Source: Candidatus Kerfeldbacteria bacterium
GTDB taxonomy: Bacteria; Patescibacteriota; Patescibacteriia; UBA10025; JAHIVO01
Direction: 5' to 3'
NCBI GenBank assembly: GCA_047946875.1
Contig: CP181398.1
Location: 399,154 to 463,153 of the forward strand
DNA: 64,000 nucleotides
Part shown: piece by piece, positions 19,839 through 27,964 of the stretch
Layout of the letters: each line of letters starts with the position of its first letter
Position numbering within the stretch: the stretch's first letter is position 1
Notes under the pieces: generated by a model
Database searches by the model: none
What the model saw: only the letters and a program-made list of their open reading frames with translations
Told to the model about the DNA's origin: nothing
Translations under genes and position numbers: made by a program

Positions 19839-21530
19839 ATGTTTTATCTTAGATATCTAAAAAATGAAATTGTAAGAAGGATAGGTAAAACAATTACCAT
19901 TTCTTTAGGACTGGCAATAGCTAGTGCTATTATAATCGTGATTATTTCTACCTCTCAGAGCTTGTCTAGTACACAGGAAACCGTATTAAATCCATTAGAA
20001 AATGTTGGTACAGATATTTTGGTAACAAGAACAGTCGATCTAGAATTAGGAATGAAGGATGAGGCAGCTGGTTATGATTATCTAAGAGAGAATATTGTCA
20101 GTACAGATTTGTCACAATACGGTAGTGCTGGAGATACTTTTACCCGAGATGTATTTCTATCCGGATCTTTATTAAGCTTTTCAGCTGATGAAGCAGATGA
20201 GCTAGATGAAACTTTGGTTGAGGATTATGCACTCGGCCTAATATTAAATGTTACTCATCAAGAAGGTGAGATACCTGAGATTGTTTCTGAGATAGAGACG
20301 GGGGGAGAAGAGATATTTATAGGAGGTCAGGAAGTTGTAGTACAGCAAGATATTGCACCTATGACCGCAGAAGAACAAGCAGTGGTAGATGCAGCTAAAG
20401 AAGCAATAATGAATAGTGGTACAAGTTTTAAAACTCCAGAAGGTAGATTACAAATGATGGACGCTATAAATGATGCAATGCCTGAGAGATTCAAAGGGTA
20501 TACAGAGACGTTTAAAACAGAAGACAGAACATTAATAACAGACAAGCAAATAATTCGTACAGAAATTGATGCTCCGGAAACCAATATTCAGACTGAAAAT
20601 TTTACAGTCGCCGGTGTTGATATTACCAAAGATAATATTGGACTAGTCTTACCTGATCAAGTCATAGAAGGTGAGTTCATATCTGGACCTGATGGAGTAA
20701 ATATAAGTAATGATTATGCTCAGAAAGAAGGTATTAATGTCGGTGATATATTTTCGCTGTATCAGAACAACGGTACAGAGCAATTTGATTTTGTAGTAGT
20801 CGGATTAGTAGAGCCTAAATTATACACAAATTCTGCTGATGTTTATTTACAATTGGAAGAATTACAAAGGTTATCAGACAGAGAAGATAGTATTAATATT
20901 ATGCTGGTCAAATCAACTGATGCATATTCTGTTGATGAAGTAAGTAAACAGTTGGAAGGTTTATTTACCAGTGCGCAGGTAACTGATTCGTCTGATACTG
21001 CGGATGAAGTGACTGGTAGTCTGATAGATGCCGCAAACCTTACTGATAAATTTGTCGGTCTGACAAGTATTATTGTAATGATCGCCGCATTTATAATTAT
21101 CAGTCTTTTGACAGTGCTATCTATTAACAAAAGAACCAGAGAGATAGGTACGCTAAAAGCTATTGGTTGGAGTAATCGTATAGTGGTTAGGCAAATATTG
21201 ATGGAGAATATCGTCCTGGGTATTTTTGGTGCTGCTCTAGGTATAGGGCTAGGTTTACTATCTATCGCCTTACTAAATAATTTTGATATCTCGTTCACTG
21301 CTGAGTTCATCTCTGGTAATGAAATTGATGAATTAAGCAGGAAATTTTTAGGTAGTGGTGAGTCTGCTGATCCTGTATCTACTTCATTTAATCTGAAAGT
21401 CGCTTATACATACTCGACACTTCTAATTGGTTCTTTGATTGCAATAGTAGCTTCAATAATCTCTGGTGGTATCGCGGCAATCAAATCATCAAGAATGAAA
21501 CCTTCGGAAGCATTACGTAATCTAGAATAA
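19839..21530 (+). CDS. ABC transporter permease, FtsX/MacB-like
   Basis: An N-terminal TM, a periplasmic domain, and a C-terminal FtsX 4-TM domain (GTLKAIGWS). Confidence 0.75.
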   Translation: MFYLRYLKNEIVRRIGKTITISLGLAIASAIIIVIISTSQSLSSTQETVLNPLENVGTDILVTRTVDLELGMKDEAAGYDYLRENIVSTDLSQYGSAGDTFTRDVFLSGSLLSFSADEADELDETLVEDYALGLILNVTHQEGEIPEIVSEIETGGEEIFIGGQEVVVQQDIAPMTAEEQAVVDAAKEAIMNSGTSFKTPEGRLQMMDAINDAMPERFKGYTETFKTEDRTLITDKQIIRTEIDAPETNIQTENFTVAGVDITKDNIGLVLPDQVIEGEFISGPDGVNISNDYAQKEGINVGDIFSLYQNNGTEQFDFVVVGLVEPKLYTNSADVYLQLEELQRLSDREDSINIMLVKSTDAYSVDEVSKQLEGLFTSAQVTDSSDTADEVTGSLIDAANLTDKFVGLTSIIVMIAAFIIISLLTVLSINKRTREIGTLKAIGWSNRIVVRQILMENIVLGIFGAALGIGLGLLSIALLNNFDISFTAEFISGNEIDELSRKFLGSGESADPVSTSFNLKVAYTYSTLLIGSLIAIVASIISGGIAAIKSSRMKPSEALRNLE

Positions 21531-21534
21531 ATTT

Positions 21535-22194
21535 ATGGCATTAATAGAATTAAATAATTTACATCGTGAGTACAAACAAGGATCAAGAATGATCCACGCT
21601 GTTGATGGAGTCAATCTCAAAGTTGAGAAAGGGGATCTATTAGTTATCTTCGGTGAGTCTGGTAGTGGTAAAAGTACCTTACTACAGTTGATTGGTGGTC
21701 TAGAAAGACCAACCAAAGGTAATGTAGTGATAGATGGTCAAGATATTACTAAAATGAGCGAAGCAAAATTAACCAAGCTTCGTGGTCAGAAAGTTGGTTT
21801 TATATTCCAACACTATAATCTAATACCTACGTTAACTGCTCTTGAGAATGTAGAAGCAGCTATTATCGATAGATCAAAAGATGATACAAAAAAAGCTACT
21901 GAAATGTTGGAGATGGTTGGGCTTAAAGATAGAGTTAAGCATCTACCAAGTTTATTATCAGGTGGTGAACAACAACGGGTCGCTATCGCTCGTGCTCTTA
22001 TTAATAAACCAGCAATAATATTGGCAGATGAACCGACTGGTAATTTGGATTCCAAAACTGGAGAAGAAATAACAGTACTTCTAAAGAAATTAAACGATGA
22101 ACATAAAATGACTTTTATATTAATCACTCATAGTGAGTACAATAGAAAATTCGCTAGTAGAATCATGAATATCAAAGACGGTAAGCTAAAGTAA
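21535..22194 (+). CDS. ABC transporter ATP-binding protein (MacB/LolD-like)
   Basis: [41 protein letters not shown]. Confidence 0.85.
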   Translation: MALIELNNLHREYKQGSRMIHAVDGVNLKVEKGDLLVIFGESGSGKSTLLQLIGGLERPTKGNVVIDGQDITKMSEAKLTKLRGQKVGFIFQHYNLIPTLTALENVEAAIIDRSKDDTKKATEMLEMVGLKDRVKHLPSLLSGGEQQRVAIARALINKPAIILADEPTGNLDSKTGEEITVLLKKLNDEHKMTFILITHSEYNRKFASRIMNIKDGKLK

Positions 22195-22211
22195 CACTTG
22201 TTGCCAACATT

Positions 22212-22330
22212 TGTCATTCTGAGGAGTTCGGCATGGCCGGACGACGTGAGAATCTCCTGACCTACGGTCAGGGGTCTCTTCATTTTATTCAGAGAGACAT
22301 TTGTTTGTGAGGCCCCCAAACCCCAAATGA
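22212..22330. repeat. structured palindromic element A (TGTCATTCTGAG ... GTGAGAATCTC ... TTCAGAGAGACA)
   Basis: GC-rich nested hairpins in the 3' UTR of the ABC operon. A second copy lies at 32860-32970. Confidence 0.6.
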
Positions 22331-22448
22331 TTAAAATCAATAATGATTTTAAATAAAAATCAGTTTATATATCTGGCTGGTTTGACAAATTATATATTAA
22401 AGTTTAACATAAAAATTGTTATACTATTTAATAATTATTAAATAATTT

Positions 22449-22760
22449 ATGAGCGTTGAAAGAGAAGTATTTATTGAAGGAAATTTTGAAATATTAAAAG
22501 AAGAAGCCGAAGCTGTTTTGTTTTATGCCAAAGATCATAAATGGTTCGCAGTTAGAAGTGATATTTCCCATTTGATAGATGCAATTGATAAATACAAACT
22601 TACCTCAACAGACGAAAATAAAGCAGCAATACTAGAGATTGTTTTAAAAGCAGAAGCAATGTATCTTGAAGATAAAGATAATGGTCATGAAAAATTGACC
22701 GATGACACAAAGGAAGAGATCGAGAAATCATTTACCACAATAAAAGAAAAACTTCAATAA
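22449..22760 (+). CDS. hypothetical protein
   Basis: A 103-aa helical acidic ORF with host-like GC. Confidence 0.4.
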   Translation: MSVEREVFIEGNFEILKEEAEAVLFYAKDHKWFAVRSDISHLIDAIDKYKLTSTDENKAAILEIVLKAEAMYLEDKDNGHEKLTDDTKEEIEKSFTTIKEKLQ

Positions 22761-22779
22761 AGTAAGTTAATATAATCCT

Positions 22780-22808
22780 TGTCATTTCGACCGAAGTGGA
22801 GAAATCCT
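22780..22808. repeat. short repeat D (GTCATTTCGACCGAAGTGGAGAAATC), copy 1
   Basis: Identical at 23867-23893. A degenerate copy lies at 24092-24118. Confidence 0.6.
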
Positions 22809-22844
22809 TATCAGGTTGGTATTTTATTATTTGGTTATAAAGAC

Positions 22845-23109
22845 TTCTCGCCGCTAGCTCGAAGTGACTAAGGTAGATAAGAAGCCCCCAGACCCAACTT
22901 ATTAGAATAAATAGTCAAATTAAATACTAAATAAATCGTACCTTAGAATAAAATGTCACAAAATATGTAGTTGAGGAACGACCCGTAGGGTTTACTTAAC
23001 TTAAGCGTGAGCGGTTTTAAGTAAAAGTGACAAAACAAGTATTTTGTTAATTTTATTTTATGTGCGAAGCTTCTTTTGTTACTTTTCTTAGCATGAAGAA
23101 AAGTAAGGC
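22845..23109 (+). repeat. left copy (L1) of the large inverted repeat flanking the accessory island
   Basis: The last ~170 bp (22940-23109) are near-identical to the reverse complement of 40839-41010, and about 25 bp around AAGAAGCCCCCAGACCC match again. The middle is divergent. Confidence 0.75.
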
Positions 23110-23179
23110 AAGAATGTTGAAATATATCACACTGAACAACATATTAATAGATGAAAGATCGCAAAGCTTTATTTAACTT

Positions 23180-23255
23180 CAGGCAGAGCAAACGCTCTGT
23201 CTTTTGCCTGTCTGCCCGCTTCGCAGCGAGGCGAGCCGAAGGTAGGCTTGATTCA
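23180..23255 (+). repeat. repeat family C, copy 1 (hairpin CAGAGCAAACGCTCTG + TCTTTTGCCTGTCTGCCCGCTTCGCAGCGAGGCGAGCCGAAGGTAGG)
   Basis: The GC-box TGCCTGYCTGCCCGCTTCGCAGCGAGGCGAGCCGAAGGTAGG is conserved at 23180, 24572, 24975 and 26033. Confidence 0.7.
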
Positions 23256-23340
23256 TGGCTAATAAAGGAGTACGATAGAAAGTGAGTAATCTCTCAAATA
23301 CTAGGAGATTAAAAAGCTAATAATAATTAAAGAAATATAT

Positions 23341-23790
23341 ATGGAAGACCATAAGAATACACCAAATCCAGAACAGGAGAAAAAGATGGAAGACTCGTCT
23401 TTTAATCCAAAGGAGCAGGCAAAGGACATGATAGATGACGTGAAGGGGATGTCCAACGTAAAACCTGGAGATTTTAAACCAGGGAAAATAAAAGGAATGC
23501 CAACGGCATTAATTATTATTCAGATTCTCTTGATTTTGAGCGCAATAGGTTCGCTGTTTGGTGGCGTTTATGGAATCATCGGTACCGTTATTGCTCTTAT
23601 TACCGTATGGGGAATAAACAAACGTGCAATGTGGGCATACTGGTTATTAATCATCTTTATTTTATATAGCATTGTTATAACATTAGTTAATTGGATGGGC
23701 TATGGTTATGTGAGTCTTGTTATAGACGCGGTTCTACTGTATTACATTACTAAGTCTAAGAGTTGGTTTATGCCACAAGATAAAGCGTAG
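23341..23790 (+). CDS. hypothetical membrane protein
   Basis: An acidic N-terminus followed by three TM helices. A hairpin terminator follows at 23815-23853. Confidence 0.5.
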   Translation: MEDHKNTPNPEQEKKMEDSSFNPKEQAKDMIDDVKGMSNVKPGDFKPGKIKGMPTALIIIQILLILSAIGSLFGGVYGIIGTVIALITVWGINKRAMWAYWLLIIFILYSIVITLVNWMGYGYVSLVIDAVLLYYITKSKSWFMPQDKA

Positions 23791-23814
23791 TAACACCGTA
23801 ACTTTAACCACTTT

Positions 23815-23853
23815 AAGGCAGGACGAAAGTCCTGTCTTAAGTTTATTTTTTTA
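23815..23853 (+). terminator. hairpin terminator (family C hairpin type)
   Basis: CAGGACGAAAGTCCTG followed by a T-rich tract. Confidence 0.55.
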
Positions 23854-23896
23854 TAAAAAAATAGAATTGTCATTTCGACCGAAGTGGAGAAATCTT

Positions 23897-24083
23897 TAAT
23901 TTTTTCTTTAATACTTTTTGACAGCAAAAAGTATCGGAAAAACTGCTGGGGGCTTCAATGCGCTACCAGTAATTTTCAGGTAATAATTTGAGAATGGCTT
24001 AAGAAGCCCCCAGACCCTAAGTCATTAAAATAACTAGTTATATAAAAGATTTGATAAAAATGCACCTTAGAATAAAATGTTAT
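23897..24083 (+). repeat. internal partial copy (L2) of the large repeat
   Basis: Near-identical to the reverse complement of 40985-41163. It is preceded by repeat D, as L1 is. Confidence 0.75.
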
Positions 24084-24158
24084 ATACCTTCTGTCATTCA
24101 TGCCGAAGGTAGGTATTTAATTTAAAAAAAAGGACCACATTGTGATCCTTACTTTATT

Positions 24159-24479
24159 TTACAAAGTCACCATAGGGGAGTCGTAATTCCACTGGAAGCT
24201 GATGGAATATTCAGCGGCAGACTTGCACGCCTTTTCCATCGGCTTTTTTAGTTTGTGAGCGAGTTGGACTGCCTTACTCTTTTCTGACAGGTTAGTGTCG
24301 GCGGAAAATACGATAATATTTCCATTGGAATAAGATTTTCTGATGTGCCATTTGAACTCGAAATCTTCAAACTCAGACTCTGAATTTATCTTTTCTAACA
24401 AGTTTGCCGCGAGCAGTTCGCATTGGGCATTGTCGTTATAACCAACACTGAATTCAAATCTCATGTTATAGGTGCTCAT
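24159..24479 (-). CDS. hypothetical protein (GC-elevated)
   Basis: An AGGAGG RBS lies 8 nt upstream of the ATG at 24479. The track ORF starts 11 codons earlier but lacks an RBS there. A hairpin terminator follows at 24120-24150. Confidence 0.5.
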   Translation of the reverse strand: MSTYNMRFEFSVGYNDNAQCELLAANLLEKINSESEFEDFEFKWHIRKSYSNGNIIVFSADTNLSEKSKAVQLAHKLKKPMEKACKSAAEYSISFQWNYDSPMVTL

Positions 24480-24571
24480 TGATAACCTCCTTTTTGTATT
24501 TTTATTTTTCATATAAGTTTATAATTAATTTAGTTATTTGTCAAGACTTATTTAAATTACCCCAACTTAAA

Positions 24572-24640
24572 TCAGGATGAAAGTCCTGTCTCTTGCCTGC
24601 CTGCCCGCTTCGCAGCGAGGCGAGCCGAAGGTAGGTTTAT
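24572..24640 (+). repeat. repeat family C, copy 2
   Basis: The hairpin CAGGATGAAAGTCCTG plus the conserved GC-box. Confidence 0.7.
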
Positions 24641-24974
24641 ATAATAAATCGTGATATAATTATCTTGGTTGACTTAGAAGTTTAAGTTGACTAGTTGACC
24701 AATAGTTAATCAATGGAGGATTCCTATGATTGGCAAACGTTTGTTCTTAGAGGTCGTCGCCTAGGATTCGCACGTCTTGCGAGAAAACCTACTAGCGTAG
24801 GATGCTGTACCCGATCTAGTAGGTAGTAATGGTGTTGGCAGGGCATCCCGACCTCACTTCATTTGAAGGAGTATGCTCACTGTTTAGTCTTTTGACCAAA
24901 CAGACGTACAGAGACTTACCCTCGGAATGTTTTATATATTCCGAGGGCCCTTTTTTAATTTTAGTTTAAGTTTT

Positions 24975-25025
24975 ATCTTTTGCCTGTCTGCCCGCTTCGC
25001 AGCGAGGCGAGCTGAAGGATGGTTT
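24975..25025 (+). repeat. repeat family C, copy 3 (GC-box only)
   Basis: It abuts the stop of the minus-strand lipoprotein gene. Confidence 0.65.
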
Positions 25026-25893
25026 ATTCTTCCAGACAGCTAATATCTGTTCCTTGTTTAACGGGTCCTGATGCTTCAACTAGACCGACAATACCAGGTG
25101 CTGTAAAACTAATACTCATGTTACTCTCGTTAACTGAACCAGTTACAGTGCCAAACTCACCCATAGAAAAAGTAAAGCTTCCAGAAGAATCTGGTGTGAA
25201 AGTAATAGTCTCAGATGCATCGTCTGTGTTTGTTCCGCTTTCACCTACTATTGTCCAAATCCAATACCAAGTACCAGTCCACTCTGAGTCAATACTCTCT
25301 CCGCAGGTATGAGCTGTAAAGGTTAATTCGTGCGAAGCGGTCATGGGTGTTCCTTCAATATCATAGACTGCCTCATCAGACATAGAAGCTTGGTAACCTG
25401 GGCATCCATCTTTGTGCCATTCACCAGCTCGCATTTCGCACTCTGTTTCTGATAGTTGTTCATTGAATGGTGCGCAGCAACCTTTATTACATTCTTCTAA
25501 ATCTTCGCATTTACCAGGTTTTGATGTGCCAGCCCGTTGTTCGCATTCGACTTGTGATAATTCCGTACAAAATGGTACACAACATTCAGTCTGACATTGT
25601 TCGATTTGGTCGCAAGTTGTGTTATTATAAGTGCCCCCAAATTGATCACACATTTCTTTTGTGTCTTCAGTACATTGAGGTGTACAACAACCAGTCTGAC
25701 ATTGTTCTATATTACTGCAACTACTCTTATTCCATGTTCCGCCATGAGTGTTTACACAGGCATCTTGATCTGTTTCTGAACAAAAAGGCATACAACATCC
25801 TTGATCTTTATCATCTGAAATATTAATGCCACATCCACTCAATACCAGTCCGATACCGATAACGAAAGCGATGATTCCAATTGTTTTTCCCAT
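25024..25893 (-). CDS. cysteine-rich secreted lipoprotein with 4 tandem ~36-aa Cys repeats
   Basis: A lipobox (LVLSGC). There are four repeats of the form GCCxP[FQ]C..E....C....GGT.N..C..IEQCQT, followed by a Ser/Thr/Gly-rich beta-type C-terminal domain. GC is about 43%. Confidence 0.6.
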   Translation of the reverse strand: MGKTIGIIAFVIGIGLVLSGCGINISDDKDQGCCMPFCSETDQDACVNTHGGTWNKSSCSNIEQCQTGCCTPQCTEDTKEMCDQFGGTYNNTTCDQIEQCQTECCVPFCTELSQVECEQRAGTSKPGKCEDLEECNKGCCAPFNEQLSETECEMRAGEWHKDGCPGYQASMSDEAVYDIEGTPMTASHELTFTAHTCGESIDSEWTGTWYWIWTIVGESGTNTDDASETITFTPDSSGSFTFSMGEFGTVTGSVNESNMSISFTAPGIVGLVEASGPVKQGTDISCLEE

Positions 25894-26032
25894 AAATTTA
25901 TATTTAATTTTAATTATCTCTATTATAACATATTGTTTTGTTTTTCAATAACTGTCTATGTTTTAGGTATCAATAGCACCTGTGGGATCGTTATTATGAT
26001 AAGCTATCTTATTCTGATTTTATTTTGGTTCA

Positions 26033-26092
26033 AGTCCTGTCTTTTGCCTACCTGCCCGCTTCGCAGCGAGGCGAGCCGAAGGTAGATTTGAT
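26033..26092 (+). repeat. repeat family C, copy 4
   Basis: The conserved GC-box lies between divergent genes. Confidence 0.65.
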
Positions 26093-26159
26093 TTTTTTAT
26101 ATCCAAAGAGTAAGCTGTATTAATCACTAAATTGTTCTTTAGAGAAAGAGAGATAAATC

Positions 26160-26627
26160 ATGATTGAGATTGTTGATTTTCAACGTCGATATTTTGAGGG
26201 GATGGTGGATTGCTACAACCAAGGTTTCCCTGACGGACATAACCGTTATACTCTAGCTAGGTTAAGTCGTTTTCAGCGAGATTCAATATTTCTCGCTATC
26301 AATGAGTTTGATCTTGTGGTCGGAGTACTTATCGGCATTACTTCAGTTCGTGAAGCTTGGTTTACTGCGCTGACCTTACTACCAAATGTCGGCAATCAAT
26401 CCCAGATTATTTTTCAGTTAGCAAATCATCTTTCTAACCGATTCGTAGATATGGGATTTGATGAAGCGCATCTTACTACTAAACGCCGAAGTATACATCG
26501 TTTGGTTCAGCGCGTTGGTGCACCAAATATTGTTGAAGTAAAGAATTGTTACTTTGATGACCAAACTAGGTGGGTGGTGACCGTTAACCGCAGTAATTTG
26601 CCACAGCTTATCAAGCTTATTAATTAA
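26160..26627 (+). CDS. hypothetical protein (GC about 45%; possible small acyltransferase-like fold)
   Basis: A 155-aa ORF followed by two hairpins at 26641-26670 and 26686-26718. The fold guess is weak. Confidence 0.45.
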   Translation: MIEIVDFQRRYFEGMVDCYNQGFPDGHNRYTLARLSRFQRDSIFLAINEFDLVVGVLIGITSVREAWFTALTLLPNVGNQSQIIFQLANHLSNRFVDMGFDEAHLTTKRRSIHRLVQRVGAPNIVEVKNCYFDDQTRWVVTVNRSNLPQLIKLIN

Positions 26628-26873
26628 GCATATTCAAGAAAACCGTTCATACTGTGATCGGTTTTTATTATTAACATTCCTTTAAAGCAGAGCAAACGCT
26701 CTGTCTTTTGTTTTTTTTAACTGTGGATGAAATGTGTGTAATTGTACTAATTTAGGCCCTAAAAAACTCTAATATATTCTTTTATTTAGTTCAGACAGGG
26801 GTAGGAGTTTACATTTTTTAAGACTTTTTAGTAAATTTTTAGCTAGTTTTAGCATAAAATTGGTACCCCATCC

Positions 26874-26901
26874 TTGCAATTTCTATATGTTGTGGTATAA
26901 T
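26874..26901 (+). promoter_or_regulatory. sigma70-like promoter (TTGCAA-16-TATAAT)
   Basis: Near-consensus -35 and -10 boxes about 170 nt upstream of the 27073 gene. Confidence 0.45.
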
Positions 26902-27072
26902 GATAGTATACATACAACATATAGTAAAAAAAGGGGGAATTTGCTACCTGAGAAGGTATAGAAGATTGTGACGTTAGAATTTTTAAATAATTAAATCGCC
27001 AAAATCAAATTATATCGTTTCTAGGTAGTTACACTAGGGTTTTTTGGATATAATTAATAATTTTGGCTAAAG

Positions 27073-27939
27073 ATGCTTATTAGCAAAAATATGAAAAAGA
27101 ATAAGAAAAACAGTAATAGTAAGACTAGAAACAAATTTGAAAGATTTAAAAATTGGTTTAAATTAAGACCTATATTAAGAAATATTATAATCGGTATAAT
27201 ATTAGGTATTATTTTTTTAATTGCAAATGAAATACGTGCAGGAATGAGGGCAGATGAATCATCGAAAGAAATAACTGAATCATTTTCTATATTAACAAAT
27301 ACAATTATTAATGATGAAGAATTAGATGAATTAAAAGTTTATGATTTTGAAGAATTTACAATAGTAGGTGATATCAGATTTGATAAAAATTCTAAAGTAA
27401 TGTCACTTGGTCATGAAAGTAATTTTGCATACTTTCTTTCAAAGATGTGGTTATCTGAACATGCAACGATAAAAACAAAATTTATTCCTCTTACAGAAGC
27501 CGCTGATTACTACATCATTGTTGAAAATGTTTTTCAAATTATTATTGGAGATGGAGATCGACGTGCAATTAGTCTAAAGTCATTTGTTGGAGGAGGAGAT
27601 TGGGAATATGAACAGCCAGTTAACCGAGCAGTAGATTTATCTCCACGATATTATCTTGACCGAAATTTTCCAATAAATAATTTTGTTATTGTTGAAATAG
27701 ATGTAAGCGCAAAAGTGATAGAAGGAAATAAACGTACTGTGAAGCTGGATATAAGATTTACAGATGAAAATGGGGATGTATATAATACTTTAGACTTGGA
27801 AAATATTACTTGGGAATTTGTCGTTGAAAAATCGACAAATGATATAGCGCGTTATGGAGTTGGTCTTATTGATCCAAGCGGTCAGCATATGCCGAAAGTA
27901 AATTTTGAATATTTACATATAACCGAAAAACAACAATAA
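27073..27939 (+). CDS. hypothetical membrane-anchored protein
   Basis: A K-rich N-terminus, a single TM, and a C-terminal domain of about 230 aa. Confidence 0.5.
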   Translation: MLISKNMKKNKKNSNSKTRNKFERFKNWFKLRPILRNIIIGIILGIIFLIANEIRAGMRADESSKEITESFSILTNTIINDEELDELKVYDFEEFTIVGDIRFDKNSKVMSLGHESNFAYFLSKMWLSEHATIKTKFIPLTEAADYYIIVENVFQIIIGDGDRRAISLKSFVGGGDWEYEQPVNRAVDLSPRYYLDRNFPINNFVIVEIDVSAKVIEGNKRTVKLDIRFTDENGDVYNTLDLENITWEFVVEKSTNDIARYGVGLIDPSGQHMPKVNFEYLHITEKQQ

Positions 27940-27964
27940 AATTAGATTAACAGAATAAAAATAT

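Noticed and set aside
25019-25826. Plus-strand ORFs (25019-25312, 25467-25826 and others) overlapping the Cys-rich lipoprotein gene.
   Set aside because: They are antisense to a gene with a lipobox and clear 4x repeat periodicity. They have no RBS, and their Cys/His-rich translations are mirror artefacts.
23175-26100. Possible CRISPR array suggested by recurring GC-rich 42-nt repeats.
   Set aside because: The repeat copies are separated by irregular gaps of 1385, 387 and 1068 bp. Full protein-coding genes lie between them, the flanks are variable, and no cas genes are present. This is a dispersed repeat family, not a CRISPR array.
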